Origin: an uncultured Methanosarcinaceae archaeon
GTDB taxonomy: Archaea; Halobacteriota; Methanosarcinia; Methanosarcinales; Methanosarcinaceae
NCBI GenBank assembly: GCA_963733675.1
Contig: CAVTET010000003.1
Coordinates: 288,001 to 352,000, forward strand
DNA: 64,000 nt
Direction: 5' to 3'
Shown: in pieces, positions 52,621-63,170 of the stretch
How positions within the stretch are numbered: position 1 is the stretch's first letter
Layout: each line of letters begins with the position of its first letter
Made by a program: the position numbers and the translations under genes
Notes under the pieces: generated by a model
Database searches by the model: none
The model's input: only the letters and a program-made list of their open reading frames with translations
Told to the model about the DNA's origin: nothing

Positions 52621-54711
52621 TTAATAAAATTTCAAGATTGTGATGACAAGCAGAATCCCCACGATAACAGGCCAGTACAGGGCTTTCATGTACATGTTGT
52701 CTTTTGTATCAATGAAGGGAATACTCCTATGTGACGCAAAAGCTATTGAATTCAAGGAAATAACCAAAATTGCAATGTACATTACAAAGTAAAAATACTC
52801 AAGATATATGATCCCACCGATGGGAATTCTAGTTCTGAGAGAAGAGTGGGCAATTATAAGAGTAAAAAGAATAGATGTACAGTAGCCCAGGACTCCATGT
52901 GAACTGAATCCAAAATGAGTTTTGCTTTCACCCTTGGTAATCATTGTAAGTATTGCAAAAAGAAGAATGAGTACTACTGCTATGAGTAGAAGATTGGAAT
53001 TAAATGTGGCTTCAAGGTTCCTTTTGACATCTACGTTGAAGTGAAATTCGGGTGCATTGGAATTTGCAAAATTCCCTAACCCAATGTTGGTATTATTAGA
53101 ATTAACTCTATAACTGAAAAAGGTCTTTTGTGGCTCCCAGCCATCAAGTACGAAAGAACGTCCCAAACCTGGAAGGCTTTCTGGAATCAAGCTATTATAG
53201 GAATCAAAGTCCGGAACCAAGACGTTTCCTGCAGAATTGTTACTCAATACTCTGATCCATACATCTTCCCTGTCAAAAGGATATTTTGAATAATCTAACT
53301 GTTGGTGCAGAGTAGTCTTAAAACGCCAGCCAATAACACCGCTTTCCTTATTCACATAAGCTTTTTCAATTATGGTTTCTTTTGAATCCGGAAAAACAAA
53401 GTCAGTAACATCCTTCCAAGTCCCTAGGCCTGAAATATTTTGCCAAATATATCCGGTTATTAAGACGTCATTAGCGTTCAAGAACTCCATTGACTGAAGA
53501 AAAAATCCGGTAGGAATCCTGTGAGTTGTAGAGCTCGTATTGACGTGTTGCAACACCGTTTCAACATCTTCCCTGTCAAAGACAACAAGGTCCCTATTCC
53601 TGCTATCAAGAGAGGAATTATTCATAGTAAGGTGCCACATAAAGCCTATTCCCAGGACACAAAGTAATGAAAAAATAACCGCTAGCATCCAGAGCCCTTT
53701 ATGGTCATGCCTGTAAATGGCTACAAAAAGCAGACACAGAGAGAATAAAAAAACAAAAGTCGCGAACACTACAAGAATAATGGAGTGAGTTTGCTCTGCT
53801 TTTCTGTTCAGCAGGGTTTCTTGCTGTGGGATGACAAACCCCAGGATCCAGTCTGTAGACGGGATATTTTGTTGAAATACCCAGTAGGATTTCCCTGTAA
53901 AGGAATTTGTCGCTAAGTAATCTTGTTTTTTTATGTTCTCATTTATGAAGTAGAGAGTGGGATCTTTTTTTGCAAGGTCGTGAATATTTTTGGTAAGATA
54001 CTCTTGGATAGGATAAGAAATAATCACCCCTTTTCCAGAGATCATGAAACCATAACCCGTATTTCCTATATTGAGGCTATTTATATACGCTCTTATTCCT
54101 TCAAGAGATTGCCTTACACTTACTACTCCTGCAGCTTTGTCCCCATTCCCGGATTCGGCAAGATAAAAAGGAGCTGAATAATCTATCTGATAATTGTGGT
54201 CTGCAATCCCAAAATAAGGTGAAATCCATACTTTTGATCCTTTTTTCAGGACATCATTGTACCATGCGGTTTGTTCACTATCCTTCGTGTAGTCATTTGT
54301 GAGCGGAGCATACAAGACTTCTGAACCGTTTCTCTTGAAATGAGGTGCATAAAGCTTCCCTGCATTTGTATCAGGAGAATATGCAACGGCAATGCTAAAA
54401 ATATGGTAATTGTTTTTCATTTCAGCCAAAAGTCGCTCTCGTAGTATGGAATCATTTTTCAATTTTCCAGAACTCAGATCCTTTGCAACCCCATCAGCAA
54501 AGGAGCTAGTAGAATTAAGTTCCATATCAATGTTTTTTATGGCATCTTCGGCTTTTTGGAGCGCATCTTCCTTTGCATCTTCCAAAATGATTTCGTTTGT
54601 CTTGCTACTTTTGTACTCATATCCGAGATGTATCAATAGCAAAAAACTAAGTAGGCAAAATAGTGATGCAATACAAACTGTTTGTTTTCTACGTTTATTC
54701 AAGTCGGTCAT
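52621..54711 (-). CDS. dCache sensor domain fused to a pentameric ligand-gated ion channel (pLGIC, Pro-loop)-like domain
   Basis: TM, then Cache (AWYNDV, WISPYF, YSAPF, GYGFMISGKG.IISYP), two TMs, then IPTGFFLQSMEF, ITGYIWQ, DYSKYPFD and LDGW, then four C-terminal TMs. Confidence 0.8.
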   Translation of the reverse strand: MTDLNKRRKQTVCIASLFCLLSFLLLIHLGYEYKSSKTNEIILEDAKEDALQKAEDAIKNIDMELNSTSSFADGVAKDLSSGKLKNDSILRERLLAEMKNNYHIFSIAVAYSPDTNAGKLYAPHFKRNGSEVLYAPLTNDYTKDSEQTAWYNDVLKKGSKVWISPYFGIADHNYQIDYSAPFYLAESGNGDKAAGVVSVRQSLEGIRAYINSLNIGNTGYGFMISGKGVIISYPIQEYLTKNIHDLAKKDPTLYFINENIKKQDYLATNSFTGKSYWVFQQNIPSTDWILGFVIPQQETLLNRKAEQTHSIILVVFATFVFLFSLCLLFVAIYRHDHKGLWMLAVIFSLLCVLGIGFMWHLTMNNSSLDSRNRDLVVFDREDVETVLQHVNTSSTTHRIPTGFFLQSMEFLNANDVLITGYIWQNISGLGTWKDVTDFVFPDSKETIIEKAYVNKESGVIGWRFKTTLHQQLDYSKYPFDREDVWIRVLSNNSAGNVLVPDFDSYNSLIPESLPGLGRSFVLDGWEPQKTFFSYRVNSNNTNIGLGNFANSNAPEFHFNVDVKRNLEATFNSNLLLIAVVLILLFAILTMITKGESKTHFGFSSHGVLGYCTSILFTLIIAHSSLRTRIPIGGIIYLEYFYFVMYIAILVISLNSIAFASHRSIPFIDTKDNMYMKALYWPVIVGILLVITILKFY

Positions 54712-55502
54712 TTTCAGCTCTTAAGCAATCAGTACAGTTCTCAGCCAGTAGCACTTATTATCGTTGTATTCCCTTTATTTGGATTATCTATTGTTTTATT
54801 CCGTATAAATCATTTTCATTTTTATAAAATACTTTCTGTATTAATATCATGTAGATTATCAGTACTCAAGCAAATGAGGAAGCCTCTTTTGGCAGTGCGT
54901 AAACTTTTCTGTAAAATTGCAAATCTCAAGAAATTAGCGGATAGAGGATCCATGTTTAAAGAATCTAATCATATGTAGTATGCAAAAATTTGAATTTGAA
55001 TTGATATCAAATTCGTAACGCTACCCCCTTAATATATATGTTCAGAGCTAGTTTGCTGTATATAAATAATTTTTAGATTTTAGCGGCAATGATGCCCTTT
55101 CAGGAAAGCCATATCTTCCAGAAATAAATATATTTCAATCTTCAATCTTTGTATAAATTTCTTAGTGAAAGAGTGAATATTTTAAAAAATAGAAGATATA
55201 GTGAGATTTCCGAGAACCTCAAACTATTATTCTTCTGAAAGGAAAATTGGAGCGGTAATAATAATTTTTATGTCATCATCTGAAATAGTACTTCATTTCT
55301 TTCACCAAAAAGGTTGAATCCCAAAGTGTGTATATACATTGACTAACTCATCACAGGTTAAAGATAATTCTTCTTTATCAAAGCCTTCTGTTTTTCTGGA
55401 CAGATTTATCAACTCTAGGATACGATTGTTCATTCTAGACTAAAGAGCTTCTCAAAGGATGGCAAATAATTTATCCCTTAAAAAGAAATTTCCGGAATAT
55501 TT

Positions 55503-56052
55503 TCAGGTTCTCATTTTTATTCCTCCGATAACTGCTCCAAGTCCACCGAAAAAAAGGAAAAATCCAAATACCCATGGCAGAACCAGGACCCCTACTAGGG
55601 AGTTAGTTAGTAAAAGTAAGCCCAAGATTATAGTAAGCACACCAAGAATTCCCATACCCAACCCTCCTCCTTTAAGTGCCAAAGTAAATCTCACCGCACC
55701 GTTGACAAGAACTAAAACTCCTATCAAGAGAATGAGAAGGTTAAGAACTATGGAAGGACTGATGATAGGATACATAAGTATAACAACTCCTGCAATAATG
55801 CTCAAGATACCTGAAATCAGGTTCCACATCCATTTTTTTCGTAAAAATCAGCACCTCTATAACAGAAACAATTCCTTGTGCTAGCCAGAAAATGGCTAAG
55901 ATTTGTATTAGCAGAATGGTAGTTTCTATAGGCTCGTATATGAGAAATATGCCTATAATAATAGCAATAATCCCTTCCAAAAGAACCGATCACCAAGGTG
56001 GCTGCACTACTTCTAACTTTATTTTCGACTCAGTATAAATTTGTTGTTCCAA
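55503..56052 (-). pseudogene. HdeD/DUF308 membrane protein, disrupted
   Basis: PPW*SVLLEGIIAII (TGA nonsense); frameshift in A7 at 55833-55839; repeated G-rich TM hairpins. Confidence 0.8.
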
Positions 56053-56297
56053 ATTAATCCTCTCCCGAACTCCTTTGATTAGTTATGCAGACATTGCTCC
56101 TACCGAGATATGAGGTATAGGCACAGATATACAAAATAAAAAAAATCCCTGAAAATTTTATAATATAATAAATAAATCAATATTTATGCAAATATATAAA
56201 TAATTAGTTCGTGTGAATATATATTCTACTTTTACGATTTATGTTACACAAATTTTATTTTAGGGAAAGTACTATGTAAAATACAGTAGGTAAATAA

Positions 56298-56854
56298 ATG
56301 ATAATTAAACCTAAATTGTATAAAATAGCCTTCGTTTCAATAGCTATGGTTTTAATGTTGATAAGTATCACAGGTGCATTCCCATTCTGTGGATGTGGGG
56401 ATCACTCCTACAATGATAAGTCGTTTAGTAATGATAATTCGTGTAATAAGGCAAGTAATTCGAATGATAAGTGTTCAGTTTTTATATGCCAAACTTGTAA
56501 TTGTCCAACTTGTACTTGCCCAACTTTTCCAGCTCCAGCTCTGAGCATAAACAAGGCAGGAAATGTATATCAAAATATCTCAATCATATACAGATACAAT
56601 CTAACTAACACAGGAAATGTGCCCCTCACAGGAATTGTGATTTATGACAACAAAACTAGCCCAACTGGAATGCCTGTAACCACAATTACTACTCTTGACC
56701 CAGATGCCAGCGTTATAGTAAATACTACATACACCGCATCAGCTGCAGATATTTTTCTGGTTCTGTGACCAATTCAGTGTATGCAACAGCATTAGGCAAT
56801 CTCACTCATATAATCTCAAACACAGTTATTGCGACACTAAAGTTAGGACCATGA
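56298..56854 (+). pseudogene. Secreted surface protein: signal peptide, Cys-rich linker, DUF11/DUF7507-like Ig domain; frameshifted near the end
   Basis: PALSINK...YRYNLTNTGNVPLTGIVIYD...YTASAADI; after a frameshift at ~56755 it continues GSVTNSVYATA to TGA at 56854. Confidence 0.7.
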
Positions 56855-57542
56855 TTGAAAAGTGATCAAGTGATTTTTATAATCAGTGATTTTTTTATAC
56901 TTCTTTTTCTTTTCTATTTTTGTTACTATCTATTTTTTGTATTCTTTGAGAATGTCATTATCAAAGTCTCTAGATAAAATTTTAATAAAAAAATTCAGTA
57001 GTTTTTTTCTGACTTCAGCTTCACTGGTAATTTTCATGAAATATTCATCTACTTAAGCTGATTTATAGATGCGATTAGATATACCTTCAGTCTGAAAAAA
57101 CTTGGATACGAGAATTCCCGTGAAACTATTCAAGGGAGTCATATAATGAAAAAATTATAGAGTTTATAGCTATAAAAATCCATTGTGACGTGCAGGACAG
57201 GCTTTTTTATCAAAAAACGCTTTATTTTATAAATAAATTATAATAACCATTTAATATGATTATTTTTTTAATATAATTATTCTTAATATATATATATACC
57301 TCTTTAATCCGAAATCACAATGGATATACACTATTTAGCAGTATCTTTTTGATATACTAAAAATGGAGTTTATCGAAACTAATGATAAGATTGAACAATA
57401 GTTTGGAGTATAGACAATTGGAAAACAAACAGGAGGGAGAATATAAATCCCAAGGAAATATATAAGATAAGGGATTTTTTGTCGAATTTCGATACTCAAT
57501 TATCATGGGGATGGTAAAAGGACATTAGAAAATTTAGAAGGC

Positions 57543-57854
57543 TTGTTATTGAATGCATTCTCTTATCTTTTCAATTTAGCAGGCTCGTTACTTATCATAT
57601 ATGGTGGCCTTCGGGCAATTGTAGAGATAGTTTTGTGTGAAGTTTTGAAGAAACCATATAGTTACCAGCAAATGAGAAAAGGGCTTACGGGCAAAATTGT
57701 CTTTGGGCTTGAGTTTTTCATTGCAGCCGATGTACTGGAGACCACAAGGCATCCCATGCAGGAAAAACTGATCATTCTTGGCACCGTCGTGTTGATAAGA
57801 ACAGTTCTTGGTTATTTCCTCAGCAAGGAAGTTTCAGAATACCAGCTGGATTAA
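57543..57854 (+). CDS. DUF1622 membrane protein
   Basis: GLEFFIAADVLET...LIRTVLGYFLSKE signature. The true start may lie upstream. Confidence 0.85.
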   Translation: MLLNAFSYLFNLAGSLLIIYGGLRAIVEIVLCEVLKKPYSYQQMRKGLTGKIVFGLEFFIAADVLETTRHPMQEKLIILGTVVLIRTVLGYFLSKEVSEYQLD

Positions 57855-58885
57855 AATAGGGCTAAAAAGCCTGATAACATGCTTAGCACTCTGGATCTCT
57901 TGATAGTTTATATTTCTCTGCTATCTTCTGTGATCGCATCAATTATTTTAACATTAATTTTTTTTGCTAACTCTGCCCCCTTTGATACTAATTAACGAAT
58001 ATTAAACACAACTTTGAGTATCACGTGTATAGATATTTTCTAACTGGAATGTTAATTATATTAGTATGAAAAATAACATTTTAAACATTTCATAACTTAA
58101 TCATTTTCGATTTTTTTGCCAAAATTTTTTGAGTACCATTGTAAAGTCAAAATAACCGTTATCTCCACCCCCAAAGTTTCAGGAATGAAGGAGAGTTTCG
58201 AGTTGAAAGTAAATGAATTTTAAGCCAGCATTAAATAAATATTCCAGCTAATTAATATATATAGACTAATTTGGGAATTTAAATCCACGGAAAAGCCAAC
58301 AAACATGGCCTGGAGCAGGCAGTAGGAGAGGAAAATAAGTTACTGGCACGGTGCTGACCTAAGTTGGCTCCATCAAGAGGGTCGATGACTGGTTCTACCC
58401 CCCGACGACTCCGAGACGAGTTGACCTGTATCCTCACACGTGAGCGGAAAAGAAAATACACACCATGTTTTAGGCAGTAAATTCGGTGACTCATAGATAA
58501 ACCGAGAAGTTTTGGAATTGAACCCCTTGTCATTTTCTCCTGGCTACGAAATTGATCTGCCAGAAATGAAGTCACTCCAGAAGCTCACTTACTGCATATG
58601 GCGAATGTTTAAGCGCCAGAAAGCAATTTGTTTTCCTTTTACTTAGTCAGCATTTTGTTAAGAAAAAAGGCCCATTGCAGCCTGGAAAAATTAATGGTCA
58701 GGGACATTTCACGGTAAGCTATTGTGAACTCCCTTCCAGAGCCTTCCAGGCAAATCATGAAAAACGATTGATTCGAGAAAGAGAAAGAAATTGATTCAAA
58801 TAAACGATTAAAAGGGTATGACAAAGATCCCTAATTTCTTTGGGCTATTTCTGCCCCTTAAAGATATCAACTAAAGGAGTCTTAT

Positions 58886-59267
58886 ATGCGTTCGATTGTA
58901 CCAAATGATGAAGAATCGAGTGCCCTGGCATCAAATCCTGACGAGGGCATCATTGTTATGCTGAATCCGCTGAAGTTCAAGGGTGAAGAAGGAGCAGAGG
59001 CATATGATCGCTATGCTACAAGCGGCTCGAGGATTCTTGAAGCAGGTGCCACACGCACAATCTATGCTAATAAGGCGGTTGAATTGCTTGTGGGCGATAA
59101 AACATGGGATGTCATTGTGCTTGTTGAGTATCCTTCGAGCAAAGTCTTTCTGGAGATAGTGAACAGTCCAGAATATCGCAAAGCACATGTGGATCGTGAA
59201 CAAGGCATGGAGCTACTGTGTTGTATGCAACGTCACCAATGGGAGCTGGGGCACGATTCTCTGAGTA
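58886..59267 (+). pseudogene. DUF1330 family protein with a frameshifted C-terminus
   Basis: IVMLNPLKFK, AYDRY, WDVIVLVEYPS and EYRKAHVDR. The natural tail TVLYATSP is in another frame after ~59212. Confidence 0.7.
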
Positions 59268-60033
59268 AAAGTCGTATCTTGTTCCTGTATATGCTACAAC
59301 AAGTATGGTGTTATTATCCATCACTTGCGGTACATTCACAACAAAGACGTCTCGTCAGCATACAGCTTTGACTGGAATAAACTTTCGTTCGTTTGCACAG
59401 GGGACTGAAGACCTGATGAGCTGACTGCCAAGCTGGCGAAGGTTGAGAATATGCTTGTCACCGAGATGTTAAAGGACACGATTAATCTCTTAACTCTAAG
59501 TTAGAGCTACGTATAATCATCGACACTACTACCATCGAGCAGGGGCATACAGTCTCCATTATGCAGCAGGCTACCTTTTCAAGCAGTTATAGCCACTCAT
59601 TGCAATGATAACTCACATGCAATACGACTAACAAATGCCTACCGGAATCATTGTAGGTGTCAGAACTTATTGAGACGTATTATTCAGTTCAGCGCGGAGG
59701 ATGGCTTCGTGGTCAAGGTTACGAAGGGTGCAATCCGGACGCTCAAAGCTATACTTTCAGAATCTGCAGACCTACTTAGACTCATCTCCATGATAACGTT
59801 GAACTTGACCTTCAGGCTTCACTGTAAGTTTAACGGTAAACTCGATAGCTTGATCGTGGATGTCACTGGCGAGCTGATAGAGGGCCAGGAAGTTCAGACT
59901 GGAGTATATAAGGCATGACAATAATATAAATAGCAAGGCAGTTTTTTTATCCCAATGTTGCCTGCTTGTCAGGCCATTATTGCAAAGATCGAAAGAATAG
60001 TATTGAACATCAATCCTAGTAAAGGAAGTAAAA

Positions 60034-61359
60034 ATGGCACAAGACTATCCACCTACACGCATTCACATACTTGCAAAGCCAGTAGGATCAATTTGCAACC
60101 TTAAATGTTCCTACTGCTTTTTTCTTGACAAGGAACTGCTTTATCCCAGCAGCACGTTTCGTATGTCAGAAGAAGTGCTTGAGAACTATATCCAACAGCT
60201 TATCGCAGCTCACCGTACCCAGCAGGTAACAGTTGCCTGGCAGGGAGGTGAACCCACGCTTATGGGTATTGAATTTTATCGACGTGCCATCGAACTGCAG
60301 GAAAAGTACAAAAAGCCTGGAATGACTTTCGAAAACACTATGCAAACCAACGGTACACTCCTTGATGACAAATGGTGCCTATTTTTCAAGGAAAATTATT
60401 TTCTCGTTGGGATCAGCATCGATGGCCCGCATGAACTGCATGACTCCTATCGGGTAGACAAAAAGGGGGAGGGGACCTTCGACAAAGTTATGAGAGGGCT
60501 TCGCCTGTTGCAAAAACACAGTGTTGAATACAACGTCCTGACCACAGTTAATCGGATTAATGCTGATTACCCACTCGAAGTCTATCGCTTTATGCGGGAT
60601 GAAGTAAGTACAGACTGGATTCAGTTTATTCCAGTTGTAGAGCGAATTAATGAGGAGGGAAATACCCTTTACCAAAAAGGAGATAGAGTTTCAGATCGTT
60701 CAGTGCTGCCTGAACAGTTTGGCAATTTCCTGAACATCATTTTCGACGAGTGGATAAGAAATGATGTGGGGAAAATATTCGTGCAAACTTTTGAAGCTTC
60801 TGCACGCAGGTGGCTTAGAATGCCTTCAGGAATGTGTGTTTTTGAAGAAACGTGTGGCATAGGGCTTGCTTTGGAACACAACGGGGATCTTTACTCTTGT
60901 GATCATTTTGTTGAGCCCAACTATATGTTAGGCAATATCATGGAAAAAGAAATTATCGAGCTCGCAGGTTCGAAAAGGCAGTACAAGTTTGGACAGGATA
61001 AGCGTGATTTCCTCCCGAAGGTATGCCGTGAATGCGACGTGCTATTCGCTTGCAGAGGAGAATGTCCAAAGAACCGCTTCTTGACCACTTCTACAGGAGA
61101 ACAAGGTATGAATTATCTCTGTGATGGTTTTAAAGCTTTTTTTCATCACATTGATTTTCCGATGCAGATCCTTGCAGAGTTGATACTTCATGGTCTCCCT
61201 GCTTCGGAGGTTATGTGGATTCTGGTCATGGAAGAAGCTTTCGTTAATGCAAAACGCAATGATCCTTGCCCCTGTGGGAGTGGCAAAAAGTTCAAGAGCT
61301 GTCATAGTAAGCGGAAAGGTATGGGTCAGAAGAAAAGAAATCATATCACTGTGCAATAA
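60034..61359 (+). CDS. Anaerobic sulfatase maturase (radical SAM-SPASM) with C-terminal SEC-C motif
   Basis: AKPVGSICNLKCSYC, WQGGEPTLMG, QTNGTLL, SIDGP, YSCDHFV, CRGECPKNR and RNDPCPCGSGKKFKSCH. Confidence 0.95.
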   Translation: MAQDYPPTRIHILAKPVGSICNLKCSYCFFLDKELLYPSSTFRMSEEVLENYIQQLIAAHRTQQVTVAWQGGEPTLMGIEFYRRAIELQEKYKKPGMTFENTMQTNGTLLDDKWCLFFKENYFLVGISIDGPHELHDSYRVDKKGEGTFDKVMRGLRLLQKHSVEYNVLTTVNRINADYPLEVYRFMRDEVSTDWIQFIPVVERINEEGNTLYQKGDRVSDRSVLPEQFGNFLNIIFDEWIRNDVGKIFVQTFEASARRWLRMPSGMCVFEETCGIGLALEHNGDLYSCDHFVEPNYMLGNIMEKEIIELAGSKRQYKFGQDKRDFLPKVCRECDVLFACRGECPKNRFLTTSTGEQGMNYLCDGFKAFFHHIDFPMQILAELILHGLPASEVMWILVMEEAFVNAKRNDPCPCGSGKKFKSCHSKRKGMGQKKRNHITVQ

Positions 61360-61404
61360 CTGATTGATACTTAGAGGAGTTGCAATTACATTAATAGTAA
61401 TTCT

Positions 61405-62080
61405 GTCCGTGGTAAGAGTTTAGTATAAAGTACTTTTGCTGTAATCCTGACGCTGGGGATGCTGGAGCTCGCTCCTATCTTCACACCCGTTTTTCCTCCA
61501 TTTTTGCTGCCTTGATCTTTATCCCGCATATCCGCTGGCTCAAAAGAAAGGGTATTCCTGTTGGATTGAGTGTTTTTCTAGTGATTCTTTTATTTGCTTG
61601 CATTGTTGCGATTCTTAGTATTGTTGTTGTAAAAGGTACAATTCAACTTAGGAACAAGATCCCTATCTACCGAACTAATTAGTAGGGTTCACAGATACTC
61701 TTACACATTAGTTTCCTCCACAAGAAGAGATACTCCCTTGAATTCAATTTTACGCAGTATTACCTCAATCATGATCTTTCTTATGAGAAATAGTAGTGGA
61801 CTTGTGAATACTGGTACAACAGCTATAATTATCATATTTACGACAGCGTTTTTGTTAATAGATGTCTTCAATGATCATGAAAAAAAATTCGACACTTGAA
61901 AAACAATCCGAACTCCAAATGAGGATGAGTAAATTGGGCAAAAATCTGGTAGGTTTTTTGGCTATAAGAGCAGAAACAAACCTTATCACAGCCGTTGGAA
62001 TTACCTTCGTTCTCCTTATAGGAGGCATTGACGTTGCGATTCTCTGGGGCGTCCTTATATATCTCCTACATTGGAATTGA
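61405..62080 (+). pseudogene. AI-2E/PerM family transporter relic
   Basis: ILTLGM...APIFTP, IRWLKRKGIP, IRAETNLITAVGI and DVAILWG; several frameshifts and stops, truncated. Confidence 0.7.
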
Positions 62081-62151
62081 TTGATCCACCAGATATAGTG
62101 GGAAATGAAAAATAGCTTAGAGCGGTAGGAATAAATTGCACTTTTTTCAGC

Positions 62152-62604
62152 TTATGATGTAATGATTTTTGGTGGTAATATTACCGTTTTAAGCCAAAAG
62201 TTTTCTATGGATCCAATTGCTTTCGTGAATTCGTCAAAGTCAATAGGTTTAACGATATAGGCATTGGCACTAAGTTCATAAGCTTTGGATATGTCCTTTT
62301 CAGCGCTGGAAGTAGTTAAAATGATTACAGGTATGGTTTTAAGGTTACTATTATCTTTTATTTCTTTAAGAACTTCATGTCCATCTTTTTTTGGTAAATT
62401 CCAATCCAAAATAATTATATCTGGACGCTGAGAACCTAAAAACGGATTTTCACCCAATAAAAAACGGATTGCTTCTTCTCCATCTTCTGTAACATGAAAA
62501 CTAATTCTAATTTTTGCATCTTCGAAGAATTCTGTTATTAATCCAACGTCTCCTTTGTTGTCTTCAACTAAAAGAATTTCAAAAGGCTTATCTGACATTT
62601 TCAT
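62152..62604 (-). CDS. Response regulator receiver (Rcp1-like)
   Basis: ILLVEDN, PDIIILDWNLPKKDG, IPVIILTTS and ANAYIVKP motifs. Confidence 0.93.
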   Translation of the reverse strand: MKMSDKPFEILLVEDNKGDVGLITEFFEDAKIRISFHVTEDGEEAIRFLLGENPFLGSQRPDIIILDWNLPKKDGHEVLKEIKDNSNLKTIPVIILTTSSAEKDISKAYELSANAYIVKPIDFDEFTKAIGSIENFWLKTVILPPKIITS

Positions 62605-63043
62605 TTACCAAAGCTCCATAATAAAACTGGGAAAAGTTTATTGAGAGATCGGCTTGAAAGGGCTAGCATCAATAGTCATCTGTTTTGAAATTTGATGATC
62701 AAGATTTTAGGACGTTGCTATTAATTGTGAAGTATCTTATTTGGATCCCTTTCAGTTTTACCTATAGCGAAAGACGCATATTTAATATTTCACGACCCAA
62801 AATTGTTGGCGATTATTTAACAAAGAATTTTTATTTGATATACTTAAATATATCTAAATATTATCTTTAAATAATTATCATGGAATCTTAAATAACTAAT
62901 TGGATCCAAAATCACCAAAGGTCAAACTTGAATAAAAAACTTGCTACAAAATCGGGCTGATGCAGTTCTGAATTCAGTGATATATATAAATTCAAAATGA
63001 TTAAATGGTGAGTTTCAACTGTGTACATCTGCAAAATGTTTAT

Positions 63044-63095
63044 TTCAGTCGAATACCCCGCAGCTTGCTGCGGGGTGCGCCAGCGCAACTTTGAT
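63044..63095 (+). mobile_element. 52-bp minimal IS200 derivative (left-end start, one hairpin, right-end tail)
   Basis: TTCAGTCGAATACCCCGCAGCTTGCTGCGGGGTGCGCCAGCGCAACTTTGAT, preceded by TTTAT. Confidence 0.9.
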
Positions 63096-63170
63096 TGAAA
63101 TCCTCTATAGTAGATGAAATGTACATTATGTTGGCTAAATAATCACCAATCTCAACCAAGATTTTACTGC

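Noticed and set aside
58260-58630. Higher-GC stretch with ORF 58279-58575
   Set aside because: Looks like a gene relic; no motif was recognised.
59400-59918. Higher-GC stretch including ORF 59670-59918
   Set aside because: Multiple upstream stops and no identifiable family; likely a relic.
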